Positions 49,698-58,707 of a stretch of 64,000 nt of DNA are shown here, piece after piece (the first letter of the stretch is position 1; every line of letters begins with the position of its first letter). The notes beneath the pieces were generated by a model. It did not search any database, was not told the origin of the DNA, and worked only from the letters and a program-made list of their open reading frames with translations. The stretch comes from Pseudomonas aeruginosa PAO1. GTDB lineage: Bacteria > Pseudomonadota > Gammaproteobacteria > Pseudomonadales > Pseudomonadaceae. Both the position numbers and the translations under genes were made by a program. The DNA is taken from NCBI RefSeq assembly GCF_000006765.1, contig NC_002516.2, one strand, 5' to 3'.

Positions 49698-51991
49698 TAC
49701 TTATTTCTCCAGATGATTCGCCCGTCAACCGCCCATGCGGAATCGTTCCGATCTGCAATTTGAATAATTTCACCTGTCCTATCGTTCACAACTATATATC
49801 CATTAGGAGGACTTCCATATACTGTTGCAGAGTCATTCCGCCCCAGCCCATCTATCGTCTTATTAGGCCGACGCTTATCTGAAGAACTACCTGTTGCACC
49901 TTTTCCGATAACATCTCTAACTTCAACCTCAGTCCACCCTCTAATTGGAATTTGCTCTCTGATCTTATCATCAATAACAACATCATGAGGGTTATGATTG
50001 AACATTATATAGATTGGCTTAACCCCCGAGCCCACCGGGAAGATCACGATCAGATCGTCCAGATCTAACGGCACTCCCGGATAGGACTCCGGCTCGGCCT
50101 GTACTGGGGTGATCGTTGCTCCCTCATACACCGGAACCGGCTGCGGTACGACCGGAGTGGTGCTTGAGGGGTTCTGGCTTCCTGGAGGGGTGGCAGGGGT
50201 CCAGGTCAAGATCAGCGGTGGTGTATTCGGCACGGTGGACTTTGCGGGAACCGTCACCTCATACCGGCCCGTCGCAGCATTGAGGGTCGCGGCGCGAACA
50301 GGCACGCCCTTGGGGACAGTTGCACCGTTGGTCAACATCGCGGCAATCTGCGATTTACCACTCGGGCTCTCTTGTGCAGCACTCGTGAGTCGTACCGGCA
50401 TATCAACCGTGCCACCTGCCTTGGCGACGCTTTGCAAATCAGCCGTGCCAGGAAGCCCCAGAGCGGACGCCTCCAGTGCCAATGCATTGCGAACGCCGGC
50501 AGGAACCTTGTCACTGTCTTTACCAGCCTGGTCGGAATACAGCGACAGCACCGCGAAGGTGGCAACGTATGCGCCGGGTCCACTACCAGCAATCTGAACC
50601 AGGCGATTGACAGCATTCGTTAGGGAAGCCGCCAGGCGAGCCGTCTCCACTGCCGCACTACCAAACCCGGCCACCGAAACCAGCGGCGTAGAGGTAGCCG
50701 GCATCGCCAAGGTGTTCGCAGCCTGGATGATCTGACCTGGTACTACATCGGCTGTTTTTTGCAAATCGTTGGTCGCCGCACGCTGTGCCTCGGCTACCGC
50801 TGCCGAAACCTCCTTGGCTTTGGCCTGCAGCTCTGCTTCGGTCTGCTGGGCATAGGTGTTCACCTTGGCATAGGTGCTTTCAGTGAATTGTCGAAGGGTT
50901 GCTTGTGCAGCTTGCGAAGCCGCCTTGGTGGGGCTTGCCTTGACCTGGGCGGTTAGCCTGTTGACCTCGGTTTCGACCTCGGCGGCCGCATTGGCAGCAA
51001 ACTGAGCCAGCGCTTGTTTTCGTGCTGTCGAAAACGCCGTGGCTTCGTTGACGATCTGCTTGACTTGGGTGTTGAAAGCCGTGACCTGGGCTTCTCCACT
51101 GGCCTGTGCTGCCAAGGCAATCTGATTCCGAAATGCCGCGCTGATCAGGTTCTGGCTGGACGAAATCTGGCTGTTGGCTTGTTGCTGGGCTTGCGCTGTC
51201 TTGACCTGCACCGCCTGGGTTGCCGAGGCGACTGCACCACTGACCTGGGTGGAAACCTGAGACAGACTAGCATCCACTGCTTTCACACGTTGCTGGACCT
51301 TGGTGGCGGTCGGAGTGGTGATCGCGTTGAAGTCGGCACCGAGCTGTTGAGTGACCTGCTGGGCTTGCGCCTCCATTGACCGGGCTTTACTCTCCAGTTC
51401 TTGAGACGTTTGTTTCAAGATAGCGATTTGCGCCTTATAGATATCAGCGCTGTACGCTTTGGCCAGCTCACTCATATGTCGATCAAGGAACTCTCCATAG
51501 AACTTTCGACTGGCTAGCAACTGATTCTGGTACATCGCCTCTGACTTCTGAGGAAAGTCTGAAGCCGTATAAAGATTGGCCGGGCGATCCTCAATGGCCT
51601 TTAGCGATTTTGCTTTGGCATCCATGAGTGCATCAACGATACTCTTTTCATCGCGGATGTCATTGGCACTGACCGCTTTAACTGGCAACCCCGCTTCACT
51701 CTTGAGTTCATCTACCTCCTTCAAGGTTTTATTCTTCAGGTTTTTCTTGAGTTCTGAATTGGACTTATCAAGAGTATCTCTTAGCCTCCTGTACTCTTGC
51801 ATTCCAGGGCCAACATACGGGCTTGGTCCTGGCGGGACAAATGGTGGAGTACCGTAGCTTGAGCGACCTGGAATGTACTGGATTATGTCTAGCCCACTAG
51901 CCTGTACATGCGTAATAACCATCGACCCAGGCTCGTAACCATTATCATTTCCTCTGGTCACGACAAGTGGTGGCGCACTATTATTTGTCAT
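49697..51991 (-). CDS. S-type pyocin with colicin E5-like tRNase domain (pyocin S4 type), 764 aa
   Basis: N-terminus close to pyocin S2 domain I (YEPGSMVITHVQ...SSYGTPPFVPPGPSPYVG); Pyocin_S domain ending DDLIVIFP..SG.KPIYIMF; C-terminal IDDKIREQIPIRGWT...RNDSATVYGS...VVNDRTGE matches colicin E5 RNase. Confidence 0.92.
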   Translation of the reverse strand: MTNNSAPPLVVTRGNDNGYEPGSMVITHVQASGLDIIQYIPGRSSYGTPPFVPPGPSPYVGPGMQEYRRLRDTLDKSNSELKKNLKNKTLKEVDELKSEAGLPVKAVSANDIRDEKSIVDALMDAKAKSLKAIEDRPANLYTASDFPQKSEAMYQNQLLASRKFYGEFLDRHMSELAKAYSADIYKAQIAILKQTSQELESKARSMEAQAQQVTQQLGADFNAITTPTATKVQQRVKAVDASLSQVSTQVSGAVASATQAVQVKTAQAQQQANSQISSSQNLISAAFRNQIALAAQASGEAQVTAFNTQVKQIVNEATAFSTARKQALAQFAANAAAEVETEVNRLTAQVKASPTKAASQAAQATLRQFTESTYAKVNTYAQQTEAELQAKAKEVSAAVAEAQRAATNDLQKTADVVPGQIIQAANTLAMPATSTPLVSVAGFGSAAVETARLAASLTNAVNRLVQIAGSGPGAYVATFAVLSLYSDQAGKDSDKVPAGVRNALALEASALGLPGTADLQSVAKAGGTVDMPVRLTSAAQESPSGKSQIAAMLTNGATVPKGVPVRAATLNAATGRYEVTVPAKSTVPNTPPLILTWTPATPPGSQNPSSTTPVVPQPVPVYEGATITPVQAEPESYPGVPLDLDDLIVIFPVGSGVKPIYIMFNHNPHDVVIDDKIREQIPIRGWTEVEVRDVIGKGATGSSSDKRRPNKTIDGLGRNDSATVYGSPPNGYIVVNDRTGEIIQIADRNDSAWAVDGRIIWRNK

Positions 51992-52069
51992 GAATGGCTT
52001 TCCTATCGAAAGAGTTGAACCAATATATTTACAGAACCTTCTTGAGCGATGCAGTAGTGGGTAGAAAAT

Positions 52070-52110
52070 GCACGGCAATAGGCCGGCCAGATGCGGCAAT
52101 CAACTGCAAT
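52070..52110 (-). promoter_or_regulatory. P-box (PrtN-responsive) repeat array
   Basis: Minus strand ATTGCAGTTG ATTGCCGCAT CTGGCCGGCCT ATTGCCGTGC: 10-11-bp units fitting ATTGnnGTnn, about 80-120 bp upstream of the pyocin ATG. Confidence 0.65.
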
Positions 52111-52179
52111 ATCTCAGTTTGAAGCTCTACGATGGTTGCACTCCATTCTTCCCTTTGCGGTATCGCTCCGTTCGTGGAA

Positions 52180-52209
52180 GCGTCCATCAGACGACCGTTT
52201 TCTGGACGC
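52180..52209. promoter_or_regulatory. Candidate res subsite
   Basis: GCGTCCA-N16-TGGACGC, 30 bp, upstream of the resolvase. Confidence 0.45.
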
Positions 52210-52320
52210 CAGCCTCGTTCCCCTTGGCCGCCCCCAGAAGCCGCGTACTTTTAGTCCAGTAACGATTTCTCGCTTTCAAAATTCACCTATGCTGCCTTTC
52301 GCGCATTTCTGAACGAAATC

Positions 52321-52896
52321 ATGCTGATTGGGTACGTGCGCATTTCCACCGACGATCAACTACTGGACCTGCAACGCGATGCGATGGCCAAGGCGGGTTG
52401 CGAGCGAGTGTTCGAAGACACTGCCAGCGGCGCCAAGGCCGATCGAATCGGCCTGGCCGCGCTTCTCGCCAATCTAAGGCGGGGCGACACGGTGGTGGTC
52501 TGGCGGCTGGACCGGCTTGGCCGCTCGATCAAGGACCTGATCTACCTGGTCGAGCAATTGGAGGATGCCGGCGTGGGTCTGAAGAGCCTCCAGGAGAACA
52601 TCGACACCACATCCACCGGAGGGCGTTTGGTTTTCCACCTCTTTGCCGCGCTAGCCGAGTTCGAGCGCAACCTGATCCGTGAATGCACCCATGCGAGACT
52701 ATCTGCAGCACGTGCTCGCGGTCGGCTGGGTGGCCGCAAGAAACGCCTGGATCCCGCCAAGCGCAAAGTCGCCCTGAAGCTCTATCACGAGCGCCAATAC
52801 ACCGTGGTGGAGATCTGTCGGATGATGGGAATCGGCCGCTCGACGCTCTACAACTACATCACCGAGGCAGAACGGAATGCCCACCAGCAGGCGTAA
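52321..52896 (+). CDS. Serine recombinase (resolvase/invertase)
   Basis: MLIGYVRIST catalytic Ser, VVWRLDRLGRS, AEFERNLI and C-terminal HTH. Confidence 0.92.
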   Translation: MLIGYVRISTDDQLLDLQRDAMAKAGCERVFEDTASGAKADRIGLAALLANLRRGDTVVVWRLDRLGRSIKDLIYLVEQLEDAGVGLKSLQENIDTTSTGGRLVFHLFAALAEFERNLIRECTHARLSAARARGRLGGRKKRLDPAKRKVALKLYHERQYTVVEICRMMGIGRSTLYNYITEAERNAHQQA

Positions 52897-54462
52897 GGCC
52901 ATTCCCGTCGATTCGCTGCTGCAACGGAGGCAGCGCCTGGATCACTTGCCGAAGAAGAGCCCGGAGCGGGCCCGTCAGGTGGCCCTTGTAGCTGAACTGT
53001 ACGGCGTTTCCTCCAGTACGGTCTATCGCGCCCTGGTCCTTCTGCACAGGCCTAGGCAGCCCACCGCTCCGACCAGGGCAAGCCCCGCGTCCTGCCCCAG
53101 GCGGAACTGGAGCGCTACTGCGAACTGATTGCGGCGTTGAAGCTGCGCACCACCAACAAGCAGGGGCGGCATCTATCTACACACCACGCCATTGAGCTGC
53201 TGGAAGAGTACGGTGTAGAAACTGACCGGGGCCTCATTGTTGCCCCAAGAGGCGTACTCCACAGACCCACCGTCAACCGATATCTATCACATTGGCGATT
53301 AAGGCCTGCTCAACTGTCCCGGGAGCCAGGCGCAACTCGGTTCCAGGCTGAGCACAGCAACGATTGTTGGCAGTTCGACATGTCGCCGTCGGACCTCAAG
53401 CATATTGAGCATCCGCGGTGGATCGATCCCGCCAAGGGCGAACCCACCCTGATGCTGTTCAGCGTGGTGGATGACCGCAGCGGTGTGGCCTACCAGGAAT
53501 ACCACTGCGTTTATGGTGAGGATGCGGAGACGGCACTTCGTTTTCTGTTCAACTCGATGGCGCCGAAAGCGGACCCGAGTTTTCCCTTTCAGGGCCGGCC
53601 CAAGCTGATCTATCTGGACAACGGTCCGGTGGCCAAGCGTCGCGTTTTCCAGAGCGTCATGCGGGCGCTGGGCATCGAGTGGCAGACACACATCCCTGCC
53701 AGCAAGGATGGAACGCGCACCACGGCCCGCTCGAAAGGCAAGGTCGAACGTCCTTTCCGCACAGTGAAGGAAGCCCACGAGACCCTGTACCACTTCCACA
53801 AGCCGGAAACCGAAGCCCAGGCCAACGAGTGGCTGTTGCGCTACCTAGTGCGCACCTACAACCAGCAGACACATCGTGCCGAACCCCTTTCACGGATCGA
53901 GGACTGGATCACCCATGTGCCAACAGAGGGGATCCGTGAAATGTGCTCATGGGATCAGTTCTGCCGCTTTGCTCGGGAGCCCGAGCGGCGCAAAGTCGGG
54001 CCTGATGCCCGAATCACCACCGACGGTACCGCGTACGAGCTTGAGCCAGAGATGGCCGGCGACTACGTCGTGCTGCTCTGGGGGCTGTTCGACGATGAGC
54101 TGCATGCCGAGTTCGATGGCGAGCGGTTCGGTCCTCACTACCCGGTGTCCGGCCCCATTCCGCAGCACCGCTACCGGGCTTTCAAGCGCAGCAAGGCAGA
54201 CGAGCGCTCAGCTCGTATCCGATCTCTCGCGGACCAGTTGGGGCTGCCGATCGCGGCGCTTTCCGGGGAAGATGTACGACTAGAGCCCGGTTCTGCTGAC
54301 TCGACGCTCCCCATCCAGCCCTTCGTTTTCGAGCCCCAGGAATCCCGCATTGCGGCCAAGCTGGCTATCGCCGAGGAACTGGCAATGCCGCTGGCCAAGC
54401 TTTCAATGGATGACCGCGCCTTCATCGACCAGGTGCTGAGCGAGACCCTGGCTACGGACTGA
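52877..54462 (+). pseudogene. DDE transposase (Mu/rve-type), frameshifted and 3'-truncated
   Basis: Frameshift near 53051-53062; WQFD, VVDDRSG, YLDNG and KGKVER catalytic-core motifs. Confidence 0.85.
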
Positions 54463-55023
54463 GCCCCCCTTGAATCAGGCGGGCTATTTCGAAACCACCC
54501 ATCATCAGCAGTTGATGAGAGACATCCGCGGCGCCATCTTCGAAGGCCGGCTGATCGCCCTGTGTGGTGTGATCGGCAGCGGCAAGACGGTGATGCTGCG
54601 TCGTTTGTAGCACCTGCTGGAAGAGGAAAAGAAAGTCACGGAGTCCAGATCGATGGCCATCGAGAAGCACAACATCAAGCTGGCCACCTTCATCGCCGCG
54701 CTCTTCTATGACCTTTCCACCCAGAAACAGGTACGCATTCCCACCCAGATCGAAAAACGGGATCGCGAACTGTACGAACTGGTAAAGAAGAGCAAGCGCC
54801 CCGTGGCCCTGCTCGTTGATGAAACCCATGATCTCAATGGTCATACCTTGACCGGTCTGAAGCGACTGCTCGAACTGGCCGAAGACGACAGCGGCCGGCG
54901 ACGCTTGTCCATTGTCCTGGCTGGCCATCCCAAGCTGTGTAACGATCTGCGCCGCCCCACGATGGAAGAAATTGGTTACCGCACCGACATTTTCGAGTTG
55001 CAGGAAAAGATGCAAAGTGCCGG
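54453..55023 (+). pseudogene. Transposon AAA+ ATPase (ExeA/TniB-like), disrupted
   Basis: Walker A GVIGSGKT, in-frame TAG at 54608-54610, Walker B LLVDET; 5' end lost; cut off at the right IR. Confidence 0.82.
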
Positions 55024-55207
55024 ATTACCGGTATGAGCGTCAGTCGCAAAGAGCCTGAGCCCGCGGTAACGGATTGCAAGCCCGGCGCACGGATTGCAAG
55101 CTCGCTCGCAATTAATGTGAGCCCGCCTCCACCGTCAGTCGCAGATAATCTGAGCCCAAAATCGCGCTGATTGCGAGCCCGCCGGTTTTCGACTGCAAGC
55201 CGCTACA
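55024..55207 (-). repeat. Right terminal inverted repeat (184 bp)
   Basis: Ends ...GCAAGCCGCTACA; matches the left IR. Confidence 0.95.
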
Positions 55208-55335
55208 GCTATGTGATCGCGCGCAGCTCCAGCGACGGTTATGCCGTGATGTTTTCCTGGGGTGAGCTGTACAGCAGCGAGACCCTGCTGGCCTACCAGA
55301 AGAGCGGCCTCGCCCTGGCCGCTGGCGAAGGCCCG
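55208..55335 (+). pseudogene. 3' fragment of the interrupted molybdopterin-oxidoreductase-like gene
   Basis: YVIARSSSDGYAVMFSWGELY...LLAYQKSG.ALAAGEGPL. Confidence 0.55.
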
Positions 55336-55356
55336 CTGGAGGCGCCCCGAGTCGCC

Positions 55357-56346
55357 TCAGCCGCCGCTCATGTTCATGAAGCGCAGCACCTGCACCTCGC
55401 CGGCGGCGCTGAATTCATGGCGCGCCGGCTTGCGCTGGAGCGCCTCGCCGATCGCTTCCAGCAACGGTCCGTCGTGCAGTGGGTGGCGGCGCAGCAGCGC
55501 GCGCAGGTCGAGCGAATGCTCGTGGCCGAGGCACAGCAGCAGGCGGCCCTCGACGGTCAGGCGCAGGCGGTTGCAGGTGGCGCAGAAGTTGTGCGAGTGC
55601 GGCGAGATGAAGCCGATACGTGTCTGCGGATGCTCGACCAGGCGCACGTAGCGCGCCGGCCCGCCGCTCTGCTCGGCGCTGTCGAGCAAGGCGTGGCGCT
55701 GGGCGATCAGCGCGCGTACTTCGTCGCTGGAGCAGAAGCTCTCGCCACGTTCGCGGCCGACCTGGCCAAGCGGCATCTCCTCGATGAAGCTGATATCCAG
55801 GCCGCGGGCGATGGCGAAGTCCACCAGCGCCGGCACCTCATCGGCGTTGCGCCCCTTCATCACCACCGCGTTCAGCTTGATCCGGCGGAAACCGGCGGCC
55901 TGGGCGGCGTCGATGCCGGCCAGCACCTTGTCCAGCTCGCCGTTGCGGGTGATCGCCCGGAAGCGCAGCGGATCGAGGGTATCGAGGCTGATGTTGAGAC
56001 GCGACAGGCCGGCGTCGTACAACGGCCGGGCGTAGCGCACCAGTTGCGAGCCGTTGCTGGTCATGCACAGTTCGCGCAACCCCGGCAGTGCCGCCAGGCG
56101 CTCGCACAGGCCGACGATGCCGGGCCGCACCAGCGGCTCGCCGCCGGTCAGGCGCAGCTTGCGCACACCGCCGGCGACGAACAGCCGGGCGACCCGCTCG
56201 ATCTCCTCCAGGGTCAGCACCTGCTGGCGCGGCAGGAAGCGCATGTCCTCGGCCATGCAGTAGACACAGCGGAAGTCGCAACGGTCGGTGACCGACAGGC
56301 GCAGGTAGTCGATCTGTCGGCCTTGGCCATCGATCCAGTCGGTCAT
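55357..56346 (-). CDS. moaA: GTP 3',8-cyclase MoaA
   Basis: [17 protein letters not shown] radical-SAM motif, CATCNRLR and C-terminal GG. Confidence 0.95.
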   Translation of the reverse strand: MTDWIDGQGRQIDYLRLSVTDRCDFRCVYCMAEDMRFLPRQQVLTLEEIERVARLFVAGGVRKLRLTGGEPLVRPGIVGLCERLAALPGLRELCMTSNGSQLVRYARPLYDAGLSRLNISLDTLDPLRFRAITRNGELDKVLAGIDAAQAAGFRRIKLNAVVMKGRNADEVPALVDFAIARGLDISFIEEMPLGQVGRERGESFCSSDEVRALIAQRHALLDSAEQSGGPARYVRLVEHPQTRIGFISPHSHNFCATCNRLRLTVEGRLLLCLGHEHSLDLRALLRRHPLHDGPLLEAIGEALQRKPARHEFSAAGEVQVLRFMNMSGG

Positions 56347-56402
56347 GTCCTGGGTACTCCGTTTGATCTTCGGGAGGGAGAGGGAAACATCGGCGCCGAA
56401 GG

Positions 56403-57221
56403 CTATTGCACCAGCGCCCCATCCGCGCCCTCGAAGGCGAAGCCCTCGATGCAGGCGTCTCCCGCCAGCACGCCGATGTACTGTCCCACCGCTCGCTGCA
56501 ACACCTGCGCTTGCAGGTGCGCGGCGATCTGTGCGCGGGCCGCGTCGAAGTCGAGCGGCTCGCCGCCTTCGCGCGCCAGCAGTTCCACCACATGCAGGCC
56601 ATAGCGGCTTTCCAGCGGATGCTCGAGCAGCCCGGGCGCGCGGCGCAGCAGGCGCTTCTCGAATTCGGGGACGGTCTGCCCCGGCTCGATCCAGCCAAGG
56701 TCGCCACCCGACTCCTTCGACGGGCAGGCGGAGAAACGCCGGGCCAGGTCGACGAAGCGCTCGGGATGCCCGCGCAACTCGTCGAGCAGCTCCGCGGCCT
56801 GCTTGCGCGCCGTCTCGCGGCCTTCCAGGTCGTCCGGCGCGCAGGCCAGCAGCACATGGCGCAATTGCAGGCGCCAGGGGCCGAGCAGGCGCCCCGGATT
56901 GGCCGCGTACCAGGTCCGGCAGGCGTCTTCGTCGGCTTCCGGGACCTGCACCTCTTCCTCCAGCAATTGGCGGATGCGCGCTTCCTCCGGCGTCTCGCCG
57001 TCTTCGCAGCGGGCCTCGATGCCCAGCGCGTCGGCCCGTTGCAGGAGCAACTGGCGGACGATCAGCGCACGGCAGGCGGCCTCCAGCGCCAGCGCATAGC
57101 TGTCCGCCGGGTGGTATTGCAGTTCGCGGGCCAGCAGGTCTTCGCCGATGGCCATGCCGTTGACCTTCAGTTGCGGCAGTTCGACCTTCTCGACGCGTTC
57201 TTCGTAGTGGGAGCAACTCAT
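56403..57221 (-). CDS. Parvulin-type peptidyl-prolyl isomerase (NifM-like) in the nar operon
   Basis: [19 protein letters not shown] and ESRYGLHVV motifs. Confidence 0.88.
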   Translation of the reverse strand: MSCSHYEERVEKVELPQLKVNGMAIGEDLLARELQYHPADSYALALEAACRALIVRQLLLQRADALGIEARCEDGETPEEARIRQLLEEEVQVPEADEDACRTWYAANPGRLLGPWRLQLRHVLLACAPDDLEGRETARKQAAELLDELRGHPERFVDLARRFSACPSKESGGDLGWIEPGQTVPEFEKRLLRRAPGLLEHPLESRYGLHVVELLAREGGEPLDFDAARAQIAAHLQAQVLQRAVGQYIGVLAGDACIEGFAFEGADGALVQ

Positions 57222-57275
57222 GATCGATCACCTCGGTTCGGCGGGCCGGCGCCGGATGCGCCGGCCGCCCAGGGT

Positions 57276-57959
57276 TCAGGCAGGACGTTTCTGACGCACG
57301 ATCTGGTAGCGCCGGCCCAGGTACCACACCGGCGCGCTGACGATGTGCACCAGGCGGGTGAAGGGGAACAGCACGAACAGGGTAAGGCCCAGGCCGACGT
57401 GCAGCTTGTAGACCAGGCCCACCGGCGCGATGGCCTCGGCCGCCGCCAGCGGACGCAGGGTGACGATGGCCTGGGCCCATTCGGCGAGCATCACCATCAC
57501 CGAGCCATCCATGTGATGGGTCGAGGCGACGATGGTGGAGAGGCCGAGGATCAGCTGGGCGTAGAGCACCAGCAGGATCATCAGGTCGGAGGCGTTGCCG
57601 GTGGCGCGCACCCGTGCGTCGGTCAGGCGGCGCAGGATCAGTCCGCTCAGGCCGATGAAGCAGAGCACGCCGAAGAAGCCGCCGGAGACCATCGCCAGCA
57701 GTTGCTTGTTCTCGGTGCTGATCAGGTGGTGGTAGACCGAGGCCGGGGTCAGCAGGCCGACGAAGTGGCCGGCGAGGATGAACAGCACGCCGACGTGGAA
57801 TAGGTTGCTGTATACCCGCATGCCCTTCTTGCTGAGCATCTGGCTGGAACCGGCCTTCCAGGTGTACTGCGAGAGGTCGAAGCGCGCCCAGCTGCCGACC
57901 AGGCAGATCAGCAGCGCGACATAGGGATAGATCCCGAAGAACAGAAGATTGGTCGACAT
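57276..57959 (-). CDS. narI: Respiratory nitrate reductase gamma subunit
   Basis: [16 protein letters not shown] and FPFTRLVH motifs. Confidence 0.95.
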   Translation of the reverse strand: MSTNLLFFGIYPYVALLICLVGSWARFDLSQYTWKAGSSQMLSKKGMRVYSNLFHVGVLFILAGHFVGLLTPASVYHHLISTENKQLLAMVSGGFFGVLCFIGLSGLILRRLTDARVRATGNASDLMILLVLYAQLILGLSTIVASTHHMDGSVMVMLAEWAQAIVTLRPLAAAEAIAPVGLVYKLHVGLGLTLFVLFPFTRLVHIVSAPVWYLGRRYQIVRQKRPA

Positions 57960-57961
57960 GC

Positions 57962-58702
57962 TCAGACTCCTTCGCGGGCCGCTCGATACTGCATCTGCGG
58001 TACCGGCTGGGCGACCCATTGCAATGGTTGTTCGGTGGACGCCGTTGGACGGCGGCCGCTGCTCGACGGGCAACCGCCGGCGGGGTCGGTGAAGCTCACC
58101 GGGGTTTCCTCCCAGGCCCGGTCGATGGCCTCCAGGCTGTCGTCGCGCTGTTCCTGGGCCTGGTCGCGACGCAACGCGCCGAGGTCCGGGCGCTCGCCGC
58201 CGAGTTCCAGCAACGCCTCGAAAATCGCCGCGTAGGCGCTGCCGCGTTCCTCCAGGCGCAGCGCCAGCAGGCCGAGGATGTGCGCCACTTCGGCGAGCCC
58301 TTCGCTGGCCGCCGCGAACGGCAGCAGCGACAGGTATTCGAGGTACAGCGGCAGGTAGTCCGGCAGCTCCGGTACGTCGATCTGCAGGCCGGCCCCGGTA
58401 TAGCGGTCGAGCAGGTCGACCATCGCCTGGCCACGGTCGCGGCTCTCGCCGTGGACGTGCTCGAAGAGCAGCAGCGAGACCGAGCGGCCGCGCTCGAAGA
58501 GACCGTCGTAGCGCGCCTGGACGTCCAGCAGGTCGCCCTGGCAGAGCTCGTTGAGCAGCGCCGCGAGGCCGTCGCGCAGCGCTTCCGGCAGTTCGCAGGT
58601 GCGGATCAGCGCATGCAGGCCGAGGCTCTCCTCGCGCAGCTCGGCGCGTGGATAGTCGAGTAGCAGGGCGAGCAGGCGGAACAGTTGGCTGTGATCGTTC
58701 AT
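57962..58702 (-). CDS. narJ: Nitrate reductase molybdenum cofactor assembly chaperone
   Basis: [22 protein letters not shown] and [12 protein letters not shown] motifs. Confidence 0.95.
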   Translation of the reverse strand: MNDHSQLFRLLALLLDYPRAELREESLGLHALIRTCELPEALRDGLAALLNELCQGDLLDVQARYDGLFERGRSVSLLLFEHVHGESRDRGQAMVDLLDRYTGAGLQIDVPELPDYLPLYLEYLSLLPFAAASEGLAEVAHILGLLALRLEERGSAYAAIFEALLELGGERPDLGALRRDQAQEQRDDSLEAIDRAWEETPVSFTDPAGGCPSSSGRRPTASTEQPLQWVAQPVPQMQYRAAREGV

Positions 58703-58707
58703 GGCGC

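Larger units (their letters stand above)
48878..55207. mobile_element. Defective Tn552-like transposon (resolvase, DDE transposase, AAA ATPase) carrying a pyocin and its immunity gene
   Basis: 184-bp terminal inverted repeats TGT...ACA; GCTATG duplicated at 48872-48877 and 55208-55213. Confidence 0.88.

Noticed and set aside
49303-49716. Plus-strand 137-aa ORF in the pyocin island
   Set aside because: Antisense to the immunity gene, with no supporting features.
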